Below are positions 63,690 through 64,000 of a stretch of DNA of 64,000 nucleotides, piece by piece. The stretch's first letter is position 1. The number at the start of each line of letters is the position of its first letter. Location: contig NC_068999.1 in NCBI RefSeq assembly GCF_001194135.2, positions 30,866,682 through 30,930,681 of the forward strand, in the 5' to 3' direction. The stretch comes from Octopus bimaculoides. Taxonomy: Eukaryota. The position numbers were made by a program, and so were the translations under genes. Below the pieces are notes generated by a model, which worked only from the letters and a program-made list of their open reading frames with translations, was not told the DNA's origin and did no database searches.

Positions 63690-64000
63690 ATCATCATCAT
63701 CATCATCATCATCGTTTAACGTCCGCTTTCCATGCTAGCATGGGTTGGACGATTTGACTGAGGACTGGTGAAACCGGATGGCAACACCAGGCTTCAATCT
63801 AATTTGGCAGAGTTTCTACAGCTGGATTGCCCTTCCTAACGCCAACCACTCAGAGAGTGTAGTGGGTGCTTTTACATGTCACCCGCACGAAGGCCAGTCA
63901 GGCGGTACTGGCAACGGTCACGCTCAAAATGGTACATCTTATGTGCCACCCACACAAGAGCCAGTCCAGGGGCACTGGCAATGATCTCACTTGGCTTGCC
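63690..64000 (-). mobile_element. SINE family D copy, runs off window end
   Basis: (CAT)n then reverse complement of 56590-56910. Confidence 0.85.

Overview
This is AT-rich, gapped (nine N runs), microsatellite-rich eukaryotic (metazoan) DNA. Its tRNA-derived SINE families, RTE LINEs and microsatellites look like an octopus/cephalopod genome; this is an inference from recognition, not a database result. No intact protein-coding gene, rRNA, tRNA gene or CRISPR array can be supported, and most ORF-track entries are artefacts of gaps, microsatellites or TE antisense frames. The window is mostly decayed transposons. Retroelements: four Penelope-like (RT/GIY-YIG) pieces, several RTE LINEs, a Gypsy-type solo LTR and about 20 SINE copies. 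DNA transposons: mariner, Tc1 and maT elements, a hAT element with an 8-bp TSD, and MITEs. The most interesting structures are: (1) a 1.65-kb element with a zinc-knuckle ORF1/gag only, an A-rich 3' end and a 15-bp imperfect TSD, i.e. a 'half-LINE'-like non-autonomous retroposon (12600-14254); (2) a Penelope fragment between inverted pLTRs, each carrying a minimal hammerhead ribozyme motif (51957-53397); (3) a head-to-head palindrome of tRNA-derived units whose tail holds half a hammerhead, suggesting a Penelope-mobilised SINE/retrozyme (33787-34325); (4) an RTE LINE with an internal inversion and a nested palindromic insert. Weak splice-bounded exon candidates lie near 44 kb and a CpG-retaining promoter-like patch near 36 kb, but the host gene could not be identified.
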